A DNA stretch of 37,893 nt from Candidatus Eiseniibacteriota bacterium (GTDB lineage: Bacteria > Eisenbacteria > RBG-16-71-46): positions 1 through 37,893 of the forward strand of contig JBAIWU010000496.1 of NCBI GenBank assembly GCA_037917155.1. The letters are read 5' to 3'. Positions 15,832 to 23,649 of this stretch are shown here, in pieces; the first letter of the stretch is position 1; the number at the start of each line of letters is the position of its first letter. The position numbers were made by a program, and so were the translations under genes. The notes under the pieces were generated by a model that searched no databases, was not told the DNA's origin, and saw only the letters and a list, made by a program, of their open reading frames with translations.

Positions 15832-18528
15832 GTGAGCCAGCGAATCGGCCCCTACCCGATCGAGCGCGAGCTCGGTCGCGGCGGCATGGGCGTCGTCTAC
15901 CTCGCCCGGGATACGCGCCTCGAGAGGGACATCGCGGTCAAGGTGCTGCCGGAGGAGCTGGCTCGGGATCCGGAGCGGCTGGCGCGGTTCGAGCGCGAGG
16001 CGCGGATCCTCGCCTCGCTCCGACATCCGGGCATCTCGGGCATCTACGGCCTCGAGGACGCCGCCGGCCGGCGGATCCTGACGCTCGAATACGTGAAAGG
16101 CGACACGCTCGCCGGGCGCCTCGGACATGGACCGCTTCCGGTCGAGGATTCGCTCGACGTCTGCCGGCAGATCGCAGCCGCCGTCGAGGCGGCGCACGAG
16201 AGCGGCGTCGTCCACCGCGACCTGAAGCCGGGCAACGTGATGATCACGCCGGCGGGCGAGGTCAAGGTGCTGGACTTCGGCCTCGCCAAGGCAGGAGGGG
16301 CCGCGGGCGGGGCGGGCGCGCCCCTTTCGCAGTCGCCGACCTTCGCCCACGATGCCACGCAGGCCGGCGTGATCCTCGGCACCGTGGCCTACATGAGCCC
16401 CGAGCAGGCGCGCGGACGCTCCGTGGATCGCCGCACGGACATCTGGTCGTTCGCATGCGTGCTCTACGAGTGCCTGGCCGGGCGGCAAGCGTTCGGCGGC
16501 GAGACGCTCTCCGACACCATGGCGCGCATCCTCGAGCGCGAGCCCGACTGGAGCGCGCTGCCCGCGCGCACGCCGGCCCGGGTGCGCGAGCTGCTGCTGC
16601 GCTGCTTCGACAAGGACCCGATGCGCCGACTGCGCGACATCGGGGACGCTCGCCTCGAGCTCGAGCGCGCACTCGAAGACGTGCGCGCGGGCGGGCGCGG
16701 CACCGCGCCTGCCGAGGCGCCCGCCGACGCGCCGCGGTCGAGGCGGTCTCGCGCGGGCGGGCCCGTCCTGGCGCTCGCCGGCGTCGGGCTGGGAGTGATC
16801 GCAGGGCTCCTCGTACCCATGCTCGGAACGCGCGCCCCCGAGGTCCCCGTTCGACGCGCGAGCCTCGACCTGCGCGCCGGCGACCCGGTCGCGCTCGAGG
16901 GACCGGCTTCGGCGGCGGACTGGTTCAGCGCGCTCGCGCTGGCGCCGGGTGGAAACCAGCTCGCCTACGTCGCTCGGCATGGCGACTCGTCGGCCCTCGT
17001 CGTGCGCTCGCTCGACGGCGACGCGGGCATCGCGCTGCCGGGAACCGAGGGCGCACGCGATCCGTTCTACTCGCCCGACGGCGCGTGGATCGGCTTCTTC
17101 TCCGGCAACCTGCTGCGGAAGGTCGCGGCGTCGGGGGGCTCGCCGATCACGCTCGGCCAGTTCGACCGGGTCACGGGCGCCGCATGGCTGGCTACGGATC
17201 GTATCCTCGTGCTCGAGAACGACGGCTTCGACCTCGACTGGATCTCGGCCTCGGGGGACACGCCCGAGAGGACGAAGCACCTCGCGACCCAGTTCGGCAC
17301 GCCGGACGTCCTCCCGGGCGGCGCGTGGGTGGTCGGCCAGCTCAGCTCGGGCCAGCTCGCCTTGCTGTCGCTGACGGACGGCGCCGAGCTCGCGATCACG
17401 CGGCGCGGCGTGCTCCCGCCCGACTCGGTCCAGCAGGCCGACCTGCTGTTCGGGGCGAGCCCGCACTGGATCGCCCCGGGCTATCTCGTGTACGGCGCGG
17501 GCGACGGGCAGCTGATGGCGATGCCGTTCGACGGCCGTCGCCATGCCGTGCGCGGTGAATCGGTGCCGGTGCTGACCGGCGTGCGCATGGAATCGGGATA
17601 CGGCTCGGCCGAGTTCGCGATCGCGCGGGACGGCACGCTGGCGTTCGTGCCCGGCGACAACCAGCAGTACGCGCGCGCCGCATTCGTGAGCGCGGCAGGC
17701 CGGGTCGACACGCTGCCGCTGCCGCGCGGCCCGTACACGCAGCCGCGCATCTCCCCCGACGGGACGCAGCTGGCGATGCAGGAGCGCAACCCGATCGGCG
17801 GCTGGCAGGTGCTGCTCGTGGACCTCGCCACCGGGAACCAGCGCACCCTCGACGTGCAGGGCAACTACCGCGCCTTTCCCGCATCCTGGATGCCGTCCGG
17901 TCGCGAGCTGATGATCGGGCTGTGGGATCCGGTGCAGTTCCTCAACTACGGCGCGCGCATCCAGTCGCTCGACACGGGCCGCAGCACCGACCTGAAGCTC
18001 ACGAACATCTCCTACATGACGGTGGCCCCCGACGGGAAGTCGTTCGTCTACTCCAACTGGCGGACGAAGCAGCTGTACCTCCGCTCCCTCGGCCCCGACA
18101 CGACGACCATTGCGGTCCCGGCCGCGGGCATCGCCGCGAGCTTCTCGCCGGACGGCCACTGGCTCGCGTGGGGTGGCACGAGCGGTGCGGTCGAGGCGTC
18201 ACCCGTGCCCCCAACGGGCGCGATCTACCAGGTCGCGGAACGGGGACGCATGCCGGTCTGGACGCCCCGCGGCGATGCGCTCGTCTATCGCGACGGCTCG
18301 TCGTACGACCGCGTGCCGGTCAGCACGTCGGGCGGCTTCCGCGCCGGGCGTCCGACGCGGCTGCTCGAGGGCTCGTTCCTCTCGACGTTCGCGTGGAACC
18401 ACGCCATGAGTCCCGACGGCCGGCTGCTGGTGCTGCTGACCAGCCCGGGCCGCGACGCCGACGCACTGCGGCTCATCACCGGCTTCCCAACGATGGTGAA
18501 GCACGTGGCCGCCAGGCACCCGGGCTGA
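15832..18528 (+). CDS. Transmembrane Hanks-type Ser/Thr kinase with an extracytoplasmic TolB-like (PD40/WD40-like) beta-propeller region
   Basis: GTG 15832 lies 5 nt after GGAGGA (15821-15826). Kinase motifs are GRGGMGVVYLARD, AVKVL, HRDLKPGNVMI, LDFGLA and YMSPEQ. The single TM helix is PVLALAGVGLGVIAGLLVPML. PD40-like repeats follow: FYSPDGAWIGFFS, ISPDGTQLAMQ, VAPDGKSFVYSN, FSPDGHWLAWGG and MSPDGRLLVLL. Confidence 0.85.
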   Translation: MSQRIGPYPIERELGRGGMGVVYLARDTRLERDIAVKVLPEELARDPERLARFEREARILASLRHPGISGIYGLEDAAGRRILTLEYVKGDTLAGRLGHGPLPVEDSLDVCRQIAAAVEAAHESGVVHRDLKPGNVMITPAGEVKVLDFGLAKAGGAAGGAGAPLSQSPTFAHDATQAGVILGTVAYMSPEQARGRSVDRRTDIWSFACVLYECLAGRQAFGGETLSDTMARILEREPDWSALPARTPARVRELLLRCFDKDPMRRLRDIGDARLELERALEDVRAGGRGTAPAEAPADAPRSRRSRAGGPVLALAGVGLGVIAGLLVPMLGTRAPEVPVRRASLDLRAGDPVALEGPASAADWFSALALAPGGNQLAYVARHGDSSALVVRSLDGDAGIALPGTEGARDPFYSPDGAWIGFFSGNLLRKVAASGGSPITLGQFDRVTGAAWLATDRILVLENDGFDLDWISASGDTPERTKHLATQFGTPDVLPGGAWVVGQLSSGQLALLSLTDGAELAITRRGVLPPDSVQQADLLFGASPHWIAPGYLVYGAGDGQLMAMPFDGRRHAVRGESVPVLTGVRMESGYGSAEFAIARDGTLAFVPGDNQQYARAAFVSAAGRVDTLPLPRGPYTQPRISPDGTQLAMQERNPIGGWQVLLVDLATGNQRTLDVQGNYRAFPASWMPSGRELMIGLWDPVQFLNYGARIQSLDTGRSTDLKLTNISYMTVAPDGKSFVYSNWRTKQLYLRSLGPDTTTIAVPAAGIAASFSPDGHWLAWGGTSGAVEASPVPPTGAIYQVAERGRMPVWTPRGDALVYRDGSSYDRVPVSTSGGFRAGRPTRLLEGSFLSTFAWNHAMSPDGRLLVLLTSPGRDADALRLITGFPTMVKHVAARHPG

Positions 18529-18548
18529 TCCGCCGGAGGGGAGCGCGA

Positions 18549-18573
18549 GGTTCGAGTCCCGTTGGGGACGCCA
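18549..18573 (+). other. tRNA 3'-end-like fragment (T-loop, T-stem 3' strand, acceptor 3' strand, discriminator, CCA) without a tRNA body; tRNA-Glu-like
   Basis: The sequence is GGTTCGAGTCCCGTTGGGGACGCCA. The spacing matches tRNA positions 52-76 exactly. The upstream sequence cannot form the T-stem (CGAGG where ACGGG is needed), and there is no complementary acceptor 5' strand. Confidence 0.45.
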
Positions 18574-18650
18574 CCTGCAACGTCCGCCGTCAGCCCCAGG
18601 CCCGGACCTCGAGGCCTGGACCCACTCTTGACGACGCGGTCCTGACGGAG

Positions 18651-21600
18651 CTAGCGGATCATGATCACCCGTACAACGCCGCAGTGCCCTGGCGTGCCGA
18701 CCCGGATCATGTAGACCCCGGGACTCGCAAGGGCTCCATTCGCTGTACGCCCGTCCCAGGTCAATTCGTGCGCACCAGCGGCGAACCACTGGCCGTGAGC
18801 GAGCGATGCGATTCGGCGACCGGAGACATCGAGGACTTCAGCGGAGACCTGCCCCGCCATCGGGAGCACGAAGCGCACGTTCGTCGACCCGGCGGTCGGA
18901 TTGGGCACGGCCGGCAGCAGATCGAACAGCCGGGCGCTCTGCGGCGCGATCTGAGGAACCCCGGTGGCCGTCACCAGCTGGAGGCATCCGGGGATCAGGT
19001 GGGCGATGTAGTTGGAGGCCCTGCCGCCCGCCGAGGTGAACTGGCCGCTGGCGTACAGATCGCCGTCGCTGTCGACGACCAGCGACTGCACCGGTGCGTT
19101 CGCACCCGCGCCCAGCGCCGACCACGTGCTGCCGTTCCACACCGCCAGGTTCTGCGCGCTGTTGCCGCCCGCCGCCGTGATCTGCCCGCCCACGTACAGG
19201 TTGCCGCCCGCGTCCAGCGCCACGCCCGCCACGCCCGTGCTGCTCGTCAGTCCCGTTCCCAGCGCCACCCAGCTCGAGCCGTTCCACTCCGCCACGTTGT
19301 TGGCGCTCGCGCCGCCCGCGATCGTGTAGCCCCCGCACGCGTACACGTCGCCGCTGCCGTCCAGCGCCAGCCCGTACACGTAACCGTTCGTCCCCGTTCC
19401 CAGCGCCGACCAGCTGCTCCCGTTCCATGCGGCGATGTAGTGCGTCGTCACGCCGCCCGACGTCCCGAACGTTCCGCCGGCATAGACCAGGTGGTGCACG
19501 TCGTCCACTTTGATCGCCGAGACCGCCGGCGCGATCACCCCGTCCGTCCCCATCCCCGTCCCCAACGCGCCCCAACCCGTCCCGTTCCACTCCGCGATGC
19601 TGTTGGCGCCCGTACCGCCAGCGCTGGTGAAGCTCCCGCCGGCATAGACGTTGCCCGCACCGTCCACCGCCAGCGCGTACACCGTCGCGTTCGTCCCCGA
19701 TCCGAGCGCCGACCAGCTCGAGCCGTTCCACTTCGCCACGTTGCTCGCACCCACGCCACCCGCCGTCGTGAACGCTCCCCCCGCGTAGAGGTTGCCCGCC
19801 GCGTCCACCGCCAGCGCGTACACCGGGCCGTCCATCCCTGTCCCCAGCGCCGTGAACACCTCGCCGTTCCAGCGCGCGACGCGCGCCGCGCTCGTCCCCC
19901 CGGCGACTCCGAAGCTGCCGCCCACGTAGAGGTTGTGCTGGCCGTCCACCGCCAGCACCTGGCCGTGGCCATCCAGCCCCCCCGCACCCGCGAAACGCGA
20001 ATCCCAGCATGCGTTGACCGCTCCGTTGTCCGGCGGCCGGAGCGTCGCGATACGGCTCACCACGGAGCCACACTGCGAGCTCACCTGCACGAAGTACTTG
20101 CCGTAGTCGGAGGGCCCCACGCTGGGGATCGTATACGTTGGGGTCGTTTGCTGGCTGTAGCAGAACGCCAGGTCCGCCCGGCACCAGCCGTAGATGAGCG
20201 GCGTCGCCGAATTCGGATCGCTGGCCGTGACGGCGAACGTCGCCGTCCCCCCCAGCGGCACGACGAGATCCTGTGGTTGCGATGTGATGGACAGCGCCGG
20301 GAAGCACAGCCCGCCGGCCGCGCTCGTATCGGAGACGCAGCAGGCATTCGTCACGACGACATCGTAGACGCCAGCGTCCGCCTGATTCGCGGGGGTGATC
20401 GTGAGCGTCGACGTGTACGCCCCTGAGATCGTGCCCCCTCCGAGCGACGGGCCGTCGAAGAGCGGATAGCCGTCCTTGCGCCACCGGTAGGTCAGCGGCC
20501 CCGCCCCCGTGGCGGCCACGGTGAACGTCGCCGTCGAACCGCTGGTCAGCGACAGGTAGGGCGGCTGAACACTGATCGTCGGCCCGGTGAAGTTGTCGTT
20601 GTGCACCGACGGATACTCCTGGGCCACGGCGCTCAGAACCGTGAGAGGCGATGGCCCGAGCGTCTGGTCGTCGCCGCAGTTGGCCATGTGGATCTTGATG
20701 TCGTACTGGTCACTCGGGATGAGCGCGCCACCGCCGGACTTCGCGCCGTAGTACTTCAACGTGAAGTAGTCCTGACCGGCGTCCTTGAGACCGTTGACGT
20801 CATGCGTGTGGTACTCGTACGCGGTACCACCGTCCCATCGATTGAACACGTAAAAGTCCACGTCCGTCGCATTGTAGATGTAGATCAGGAAAGGATTCGT
20901 CGTACCATCCATGCCGTTCGGATACACGCTGTGCGTGATCGGCGCACGCATGGCACAGGCGTCGCTGCAGATGGTGGACGACTGCGGTGGCGTGCACGTG
21001 CATGGCTCGACCCGCACGTTGTCGAGGAATGCCATGCCGGCGTGTGCTCCAAGAGAGCAGTCGGTGACCAGCATCGTGAGCGTCACGGATGTGCCGACCG
21101 GGTAGGACCTGAGGTCGAATGTCACGTCCCCCCGCCGGTACCAGAAGTTGTTCCCAACGCTGGTCCAGCCGGAATTGGGCTGCACGGCGTCGATGGACGT
21201 CGCCTTGAACGTCGACACCACATTGCCCCCGACCACGAGGTCGATCTCGAAATAGGGCTCCTGCGCGGACGTGTGATCCGAGGCGTACTCGAGCAGGGCG
21301 CCGTAGCTGATGTGGAGGCAGCCGGCGTCGAGATCCGCCTGCGTGATGTTGTCCGTCTGGCTGATGCGTGTGGCGTCGCACCCTCCGCGACTCCCGTTGT
21401 GCAGGAACTCGATATCGTTGATGGCCAGCGTCTGTTGCCCCTCGTAGGGCGTCACGACGAGGCTGGTTGGGCTGATCGCGGGCTGGCCCAGCACGACGTT
21501 GTAGGGCTGCGGGTGATTGGTGCCGTCGCTCGACCAGTTGAACGTGAAGTTGCCGCCGTAGGTCGCGTACTCGACCGTCCACCCGGCGGCCGCCGTGGCG

Positions 21601-21689
21601 TTCTCGAATGTGCCGTTCTGGAAGAGCGCGAGCGCAGGGCGGGGCGCCAGGAGCGCAATCGCGAGAGCCAATCGCCCGACGGGATGCAC
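18651..21689 (-). CDS. Large secreted mosaic surface protein: jelly-roll/CBM-like N-domain, CHU_C-like internal domain, two Ig-like domains, 7-bladed propeller, FlgD-Ig/T9SS type-A-like C-terminal domain
   Basis: GTG 21689 is preceded by AAGGAGG. The signal peptide is VHPVGRLALAIALLAPRPALA. Domain evidence: LFQNGTFENATAAAGW (CBM-like opening), VYPNGMDGTTNPFLIYIY...FYVFNRWDGG, Ig-like LTYRWRKDG...AGVYDVVVTN, and seven WNGSSWSALGTG...VYALAVDxxGNLYAGGxF blades. The tail is LLPAVPNPTAGSTNVRFVLP...LDVSGRRIA...WDGRTANGALASPGVYMIRV...VRVIMIR. Confidence 0.85.
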   Translation of the reverse strand: MHPVGRLALAIALLAPRPALALFQNGTFENATAAAGWTVEYATYGGNFTFNWSSDGTNHPQPYNVVLGQPAISPTSLVVTPYEGQQTLAINDIEFLHNGSRGGCDATRISQTDNITQADLDAGCLHISYGALLEYASDHTSAQEPYFEIDLVVGGNVVSTFKATSIDAVQPNSGWTSVGNNFWYRRGDVTFDLRSYPVGTSVTLTMLVTDCSLGAHAGMAFLDNVRVEPCTCTPPQSSTICSDACAMRAPITHSVYPNGMDGTTNPFLIYIYNATDVDFYVFNRWDGGTAYEYHTHDVNGLKDAGQDYFTLKYYGAKSGGGALIPSDQYDIKIHMANCGDDQTLGPSPLTVLSAVAQEYPSVHNDNFTGPTISVQPPYLSLTSGSTATFTVAATGAGPLTYRWRKDGYPLFDGPSLGGGTISGAYTSTLTITPANQADAGVYDVVVTNACCVSDTSAAGGLCFPALSITSQPQDLVVPLGGTATFAVTASDPNSATPLIYGWCRADLAFCYSQQTTPTYTIPSVGPSDYGKYFVQVSSQCGSVVSRIATLRPPDNGAVNACWDSRFAGAGGLDGHGQVLAVDGQHNLYVGGSFGVAGGTSAARVARWNGEVFTALGTGMDGPVYALAVDAAGNLYAGGAFTTAGGVGASNVAKWNGSSWSALGSGTNATVYALAVDGAGNVYAGGSFTSAGGTGANSIAEWNGTGWGALGTGMGTDGVIAPAVSAIKVDDVHHLVYAGGTFGTSGGVTTHYIAAWNGSSWSALGTGTNGYVYGLALDGSGDVYACGGYTIAGGASANNVAEWNGSSWVALGTGLTSSTGVAGVALDAGGNLYVGGQITAAGGNSAQNLAVWNGSTWSALGAGANAPVQSLVVDSDGDLYASGQFTSAGGRASNYIAHLIPGCLQLVTATGVPQIAPQSARLFDLLPAVPNPTAGSTNVRFVLPMAGQVSAEVLDVSGRRIASLAHGQWFAAGAHELTWDGRTANGALASPGVYMIRVGTPGHCGVVRVIMIR
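18996..20006 (-). repeat. In-frame tandem coding repeats (about 141-162 nt period, 7 copies) encoding the propeller blades
   Basis: The string ccgttcca (rc of the W-N-G codons) recurs at ~19133, 19283, 19423, 19583, 19723 and 19863. The protein blades are 47-54 aa long. Confidence 0.7.
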
Positions 21690-22102
21690 GGTGGTCGACC
21701 TCCTTCGTCAGGCCGGGCTCGGAATGCACATGGATCGGATCATTCGTGCACACGGCCCCCGGCGTCGCGCTGCACGATCGACCGGGGGCCGCTGGCTTCG
21801 CATCCGCATCGCCCACGCGGCTCGGGGACCGCCGGCGGGGCCACCGCGGGTATCCGAGTGCGGGACTGCTGGCGGCGTAGTCCCCCGACCTCGCCGCATG
21901 CCCGGCGATTCCCCCCGCCGGTGCCCCGCGCCACGGATCCCGCGATGGACGTCCCCCCCCCCGCGGTGCGCGCGGCCCTCCGCTCCGGCGTCGACCGGGG
22001 AGCGCGAGCGCATCGCCCACTCATTGCGCCTCCCGGCCCATTCCTAACAACGCGGCGGGAATGCCGCTTCCGGCGTTGAACACGCGTGAGTAGACTCGTG
22101 TC

Positions 22103-22861
22103 ATGTCGTATCCCCCGCATGCGGGTGTGGAACCCCGGTGGCCCATTCGACTCATCGCCCTGTGCTCGGCCGTCCGAAAGGGCGCGGGATCGGGATGTCC
22201 GGAGCCCCGCGAGGAACTCTGGGTCCTGTTGCGTGACAGCCTCCTCCTGGCCATCACGCGCGAGGCGGCCCGGTACCGCGGGATCGGGCGCGAGGACATC
22301 CACGACCTCGCGTCGGCGAAAGCGTTAGAACTCGTCAGCCGGGCGGAACGAGGAGAGTGGGACCCCACGGGCCGATCGACGGGCGAGGTGGTGCTCTACA
22401 TTCGATCCACCGCCCGGCGGGCGTTGCTGCGCCTGATGGATCGCCGACGGGGGCAGACGTCGCTGGACGAGGCCGACGTGGAGGAGGTCGCCGTGGTCGG
22501 ACGCGGCGGGTTGCCGGGCGCCCCGGACCCGCCACCGGAGCGCTCGGCCGAGACGCAGGAGTTCCTGCGGGGGCTGATCGACTGCCTGTCGCGCCTGCGC
22601 GAGCGGGCCCGAACGGTCTGGGTCCTGCGCGGCATACACGACCTGAGCACGCGCGAGATCGCCGCGCATCCCCAGGTGGGGGTCAGCCCCGGCAACGTGG
22701 ATGTCATCCTGATGCGGGTGCGTGCGACGCTACGCGATTGTCTCGGTTCCAAGGGCCTCGAGCCGGGCCATCTGCCGCCCGGGTCGTTCACGCAGATCTG
22801 GCTCGCCATGTCCGGACTCGCGACGAGCCCCGCGGGCGCGGTGGAGGAGGAACACACGTGA
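22103..22861 (+). CDS. ECF-type sigma-70 family RNA polymerase sigma factor
   Basis: The region-2-like segment is ELWVLLRDSLLLAITREAARYRGIGREDIHDLASAKALELV...VLYIRSTARRALLRLMDRRR. The region-4 HTH is RERARTVWVLRGIHDLSTREIAAHPQVGVSPGNVDVILMRVRATLRDCL. There is no obvious SD before ATG 22103. Confidence 0.7.
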   Translation: MSYPPHAGVEPRWPIRLIALCSAVRKGAGSGCPEPREELWVLLRDSLLLAITREAARYRGIGREDIHDLASAKALELVSRAERGEWDPTGRSTGEVVLYIRSTARRALLRLMDRRRGQTSLDEADVEEVAVVGRGGLPGAPDPPPERSAETQEFLRGLIDCLSRLRERARTVWVLRGIHDLSTREIAAHPQVGVSPGNVDVILMRVRATLRDCLGSKGLEPGHLPPGSFTQIWLAMSGLATSPAGAVEEEHT

Positions 22862-23649
22862 CGCTCGATCCCGAGCGCGAACCGCGGTCCCACGTGACCG
22901 ACGACGATCTGCTCGACCTGATACACGGCGCGTCATCCACCGAGCGGCGCGAGGAGGTCGTCTCCCACCTGCTCGGTTGCGAGGCGTGCGACGGCCGCTT
23001 CCGGTCCATCGTGCGCGATCACGAGCGGGGACGGGCACTGGCCGCCGACGCGCTCACGTCCGCCCCCGCAGCGGCCCCCGGGGCGCACGCCGGAGCCGCA
23101 CGGCGGGCGTGGTGGCCGCGCTTCGCGGGGTGGCGCGCCCCGCTCGTGGCGGCGCTCCTGCTCACGATCGGCGGCACGTGGATGCTGGCGCGACATGGCC
23201 CCGGAACCGATCCCGCGGCACGCGCCCGTCCCGAGTGGCTGCCGCAGGTCACGCGCTGGGGCAACCTCCGACAGGCGGCGGAATCGAGTGCCGATTCGAT
23301 CGTCCTCGTGGCGATCGAGGCCTACGAACGCCGGGACCTCCGTCGCGCGGAGAGCCTGCTGCGCACTCCGGGTGCCGTCGGTTCCTACGAATTCCTCCGC
23401 CGGCTCTACCTGGCCAACACGCTGGAGGCGCTGGGGCGATCGGAGGAGGCGCTGCCGGAACTCGTCGGCATGTCCTGGATGCTCCCCGAGCCCTGGCGTG
23501 GCGAGTGGGACTGGACCAGCATGGTGGCCTGCGCGCGCAGCGGCCGGATGGCGAGAGCGGACTCACTGCTCGACGTACTGCGCCGGCGCGACGACGCGAT
23601 CGGCGCGCGTGCCCGCGCGCTCGGAAACGATGCCCGCGGCGGCCGCTGA
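22858..23649 (+). CDS. Zinc-finger (HxxxCxxC) transmembrane anti-sigma factor with a TPR-like outside domain
   Basis: GTG 22858 overlaps the sigma stop (GTGA), and GGAGGAGG lies at 22842-22849. SHLLGCEAC is at 22966-22989. The TM helix is WRAPLVAALLLTIGGTWMLA. The C-terminal helical region is AIEAYERRDLRRAESLL...YLANTLEALGRSEEALPELV. Confidence 0.65.
   Translation: MTLDPEREPRSHVTDDDLLDLIHGASSTERREEVVSHLLGCEACDGRFRSIVRDHERGRALAADALTSAPAAAPGAHAGAARRAWWPRFAGWRAPLVAALLLTIGGTWMLARHGPGTDPAARARPEWLPQVTRWGNLRQAAESSADSIVLVAIEAYERRDLRRAESLLRTPGAVGSYEFLRRLYLANTLEALGRSEEALPELVGMSWMLPEPWRGEWDWTSMVACARSGRMARADSLLDVLRRRDDAIGARARALGNDARGGR

Noticed and set aside
18498-18573. A complete tRNA gene ending at the CCA at 18571-18573
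   Set aside because: No acceptor 5' strand (GTCCCCA) occurs ~70 nt upstream. The T-stem 5' strand does not pair (CGAGG versus the required ACGGG). The upstream sequence is the kinase coding region. Only the 3' fragment is reported.
18996-20006. Regular ~141-nt periodicity that could be mistaken for a CRISPR or other non-coding tandem array (likewise 27829-28659 and 32112-33434)
   Set aside because: The repeats are in frame inside long ORFs, diverged at the DNA level, and encode propeller blades. There are no short identical repeats separated by unique spacers.
15727-20426. Very long alternative-frame ORFs 15727..18159 (-, 810 aa) and 17922..20426 (+, 834 aa); also 3826..5010 (-), 5257..6513 (-), 24217..26412 (+) and 34479..37598 (-, 1039 aa)
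   Set aside because: All lie antisense to or out of frame with genes that have clear domain content. All have the RxxR/AG/PG low-complexity composition typical of non-coding frames in ~70% GC DNA.
21953-21962. A C10 homopolymer in the divergent intergenic region between the surface-protein gene and the sigma gene, as a phase-variation tract
   Set aside because: With about 35% C, a simple composition model predicts roughly one C10 run and one G10 run per 38 kb. I also cannot place it relative to a promoter. It is worth a glance in read pile-ups for length variation, but it is not supportable as a feature.
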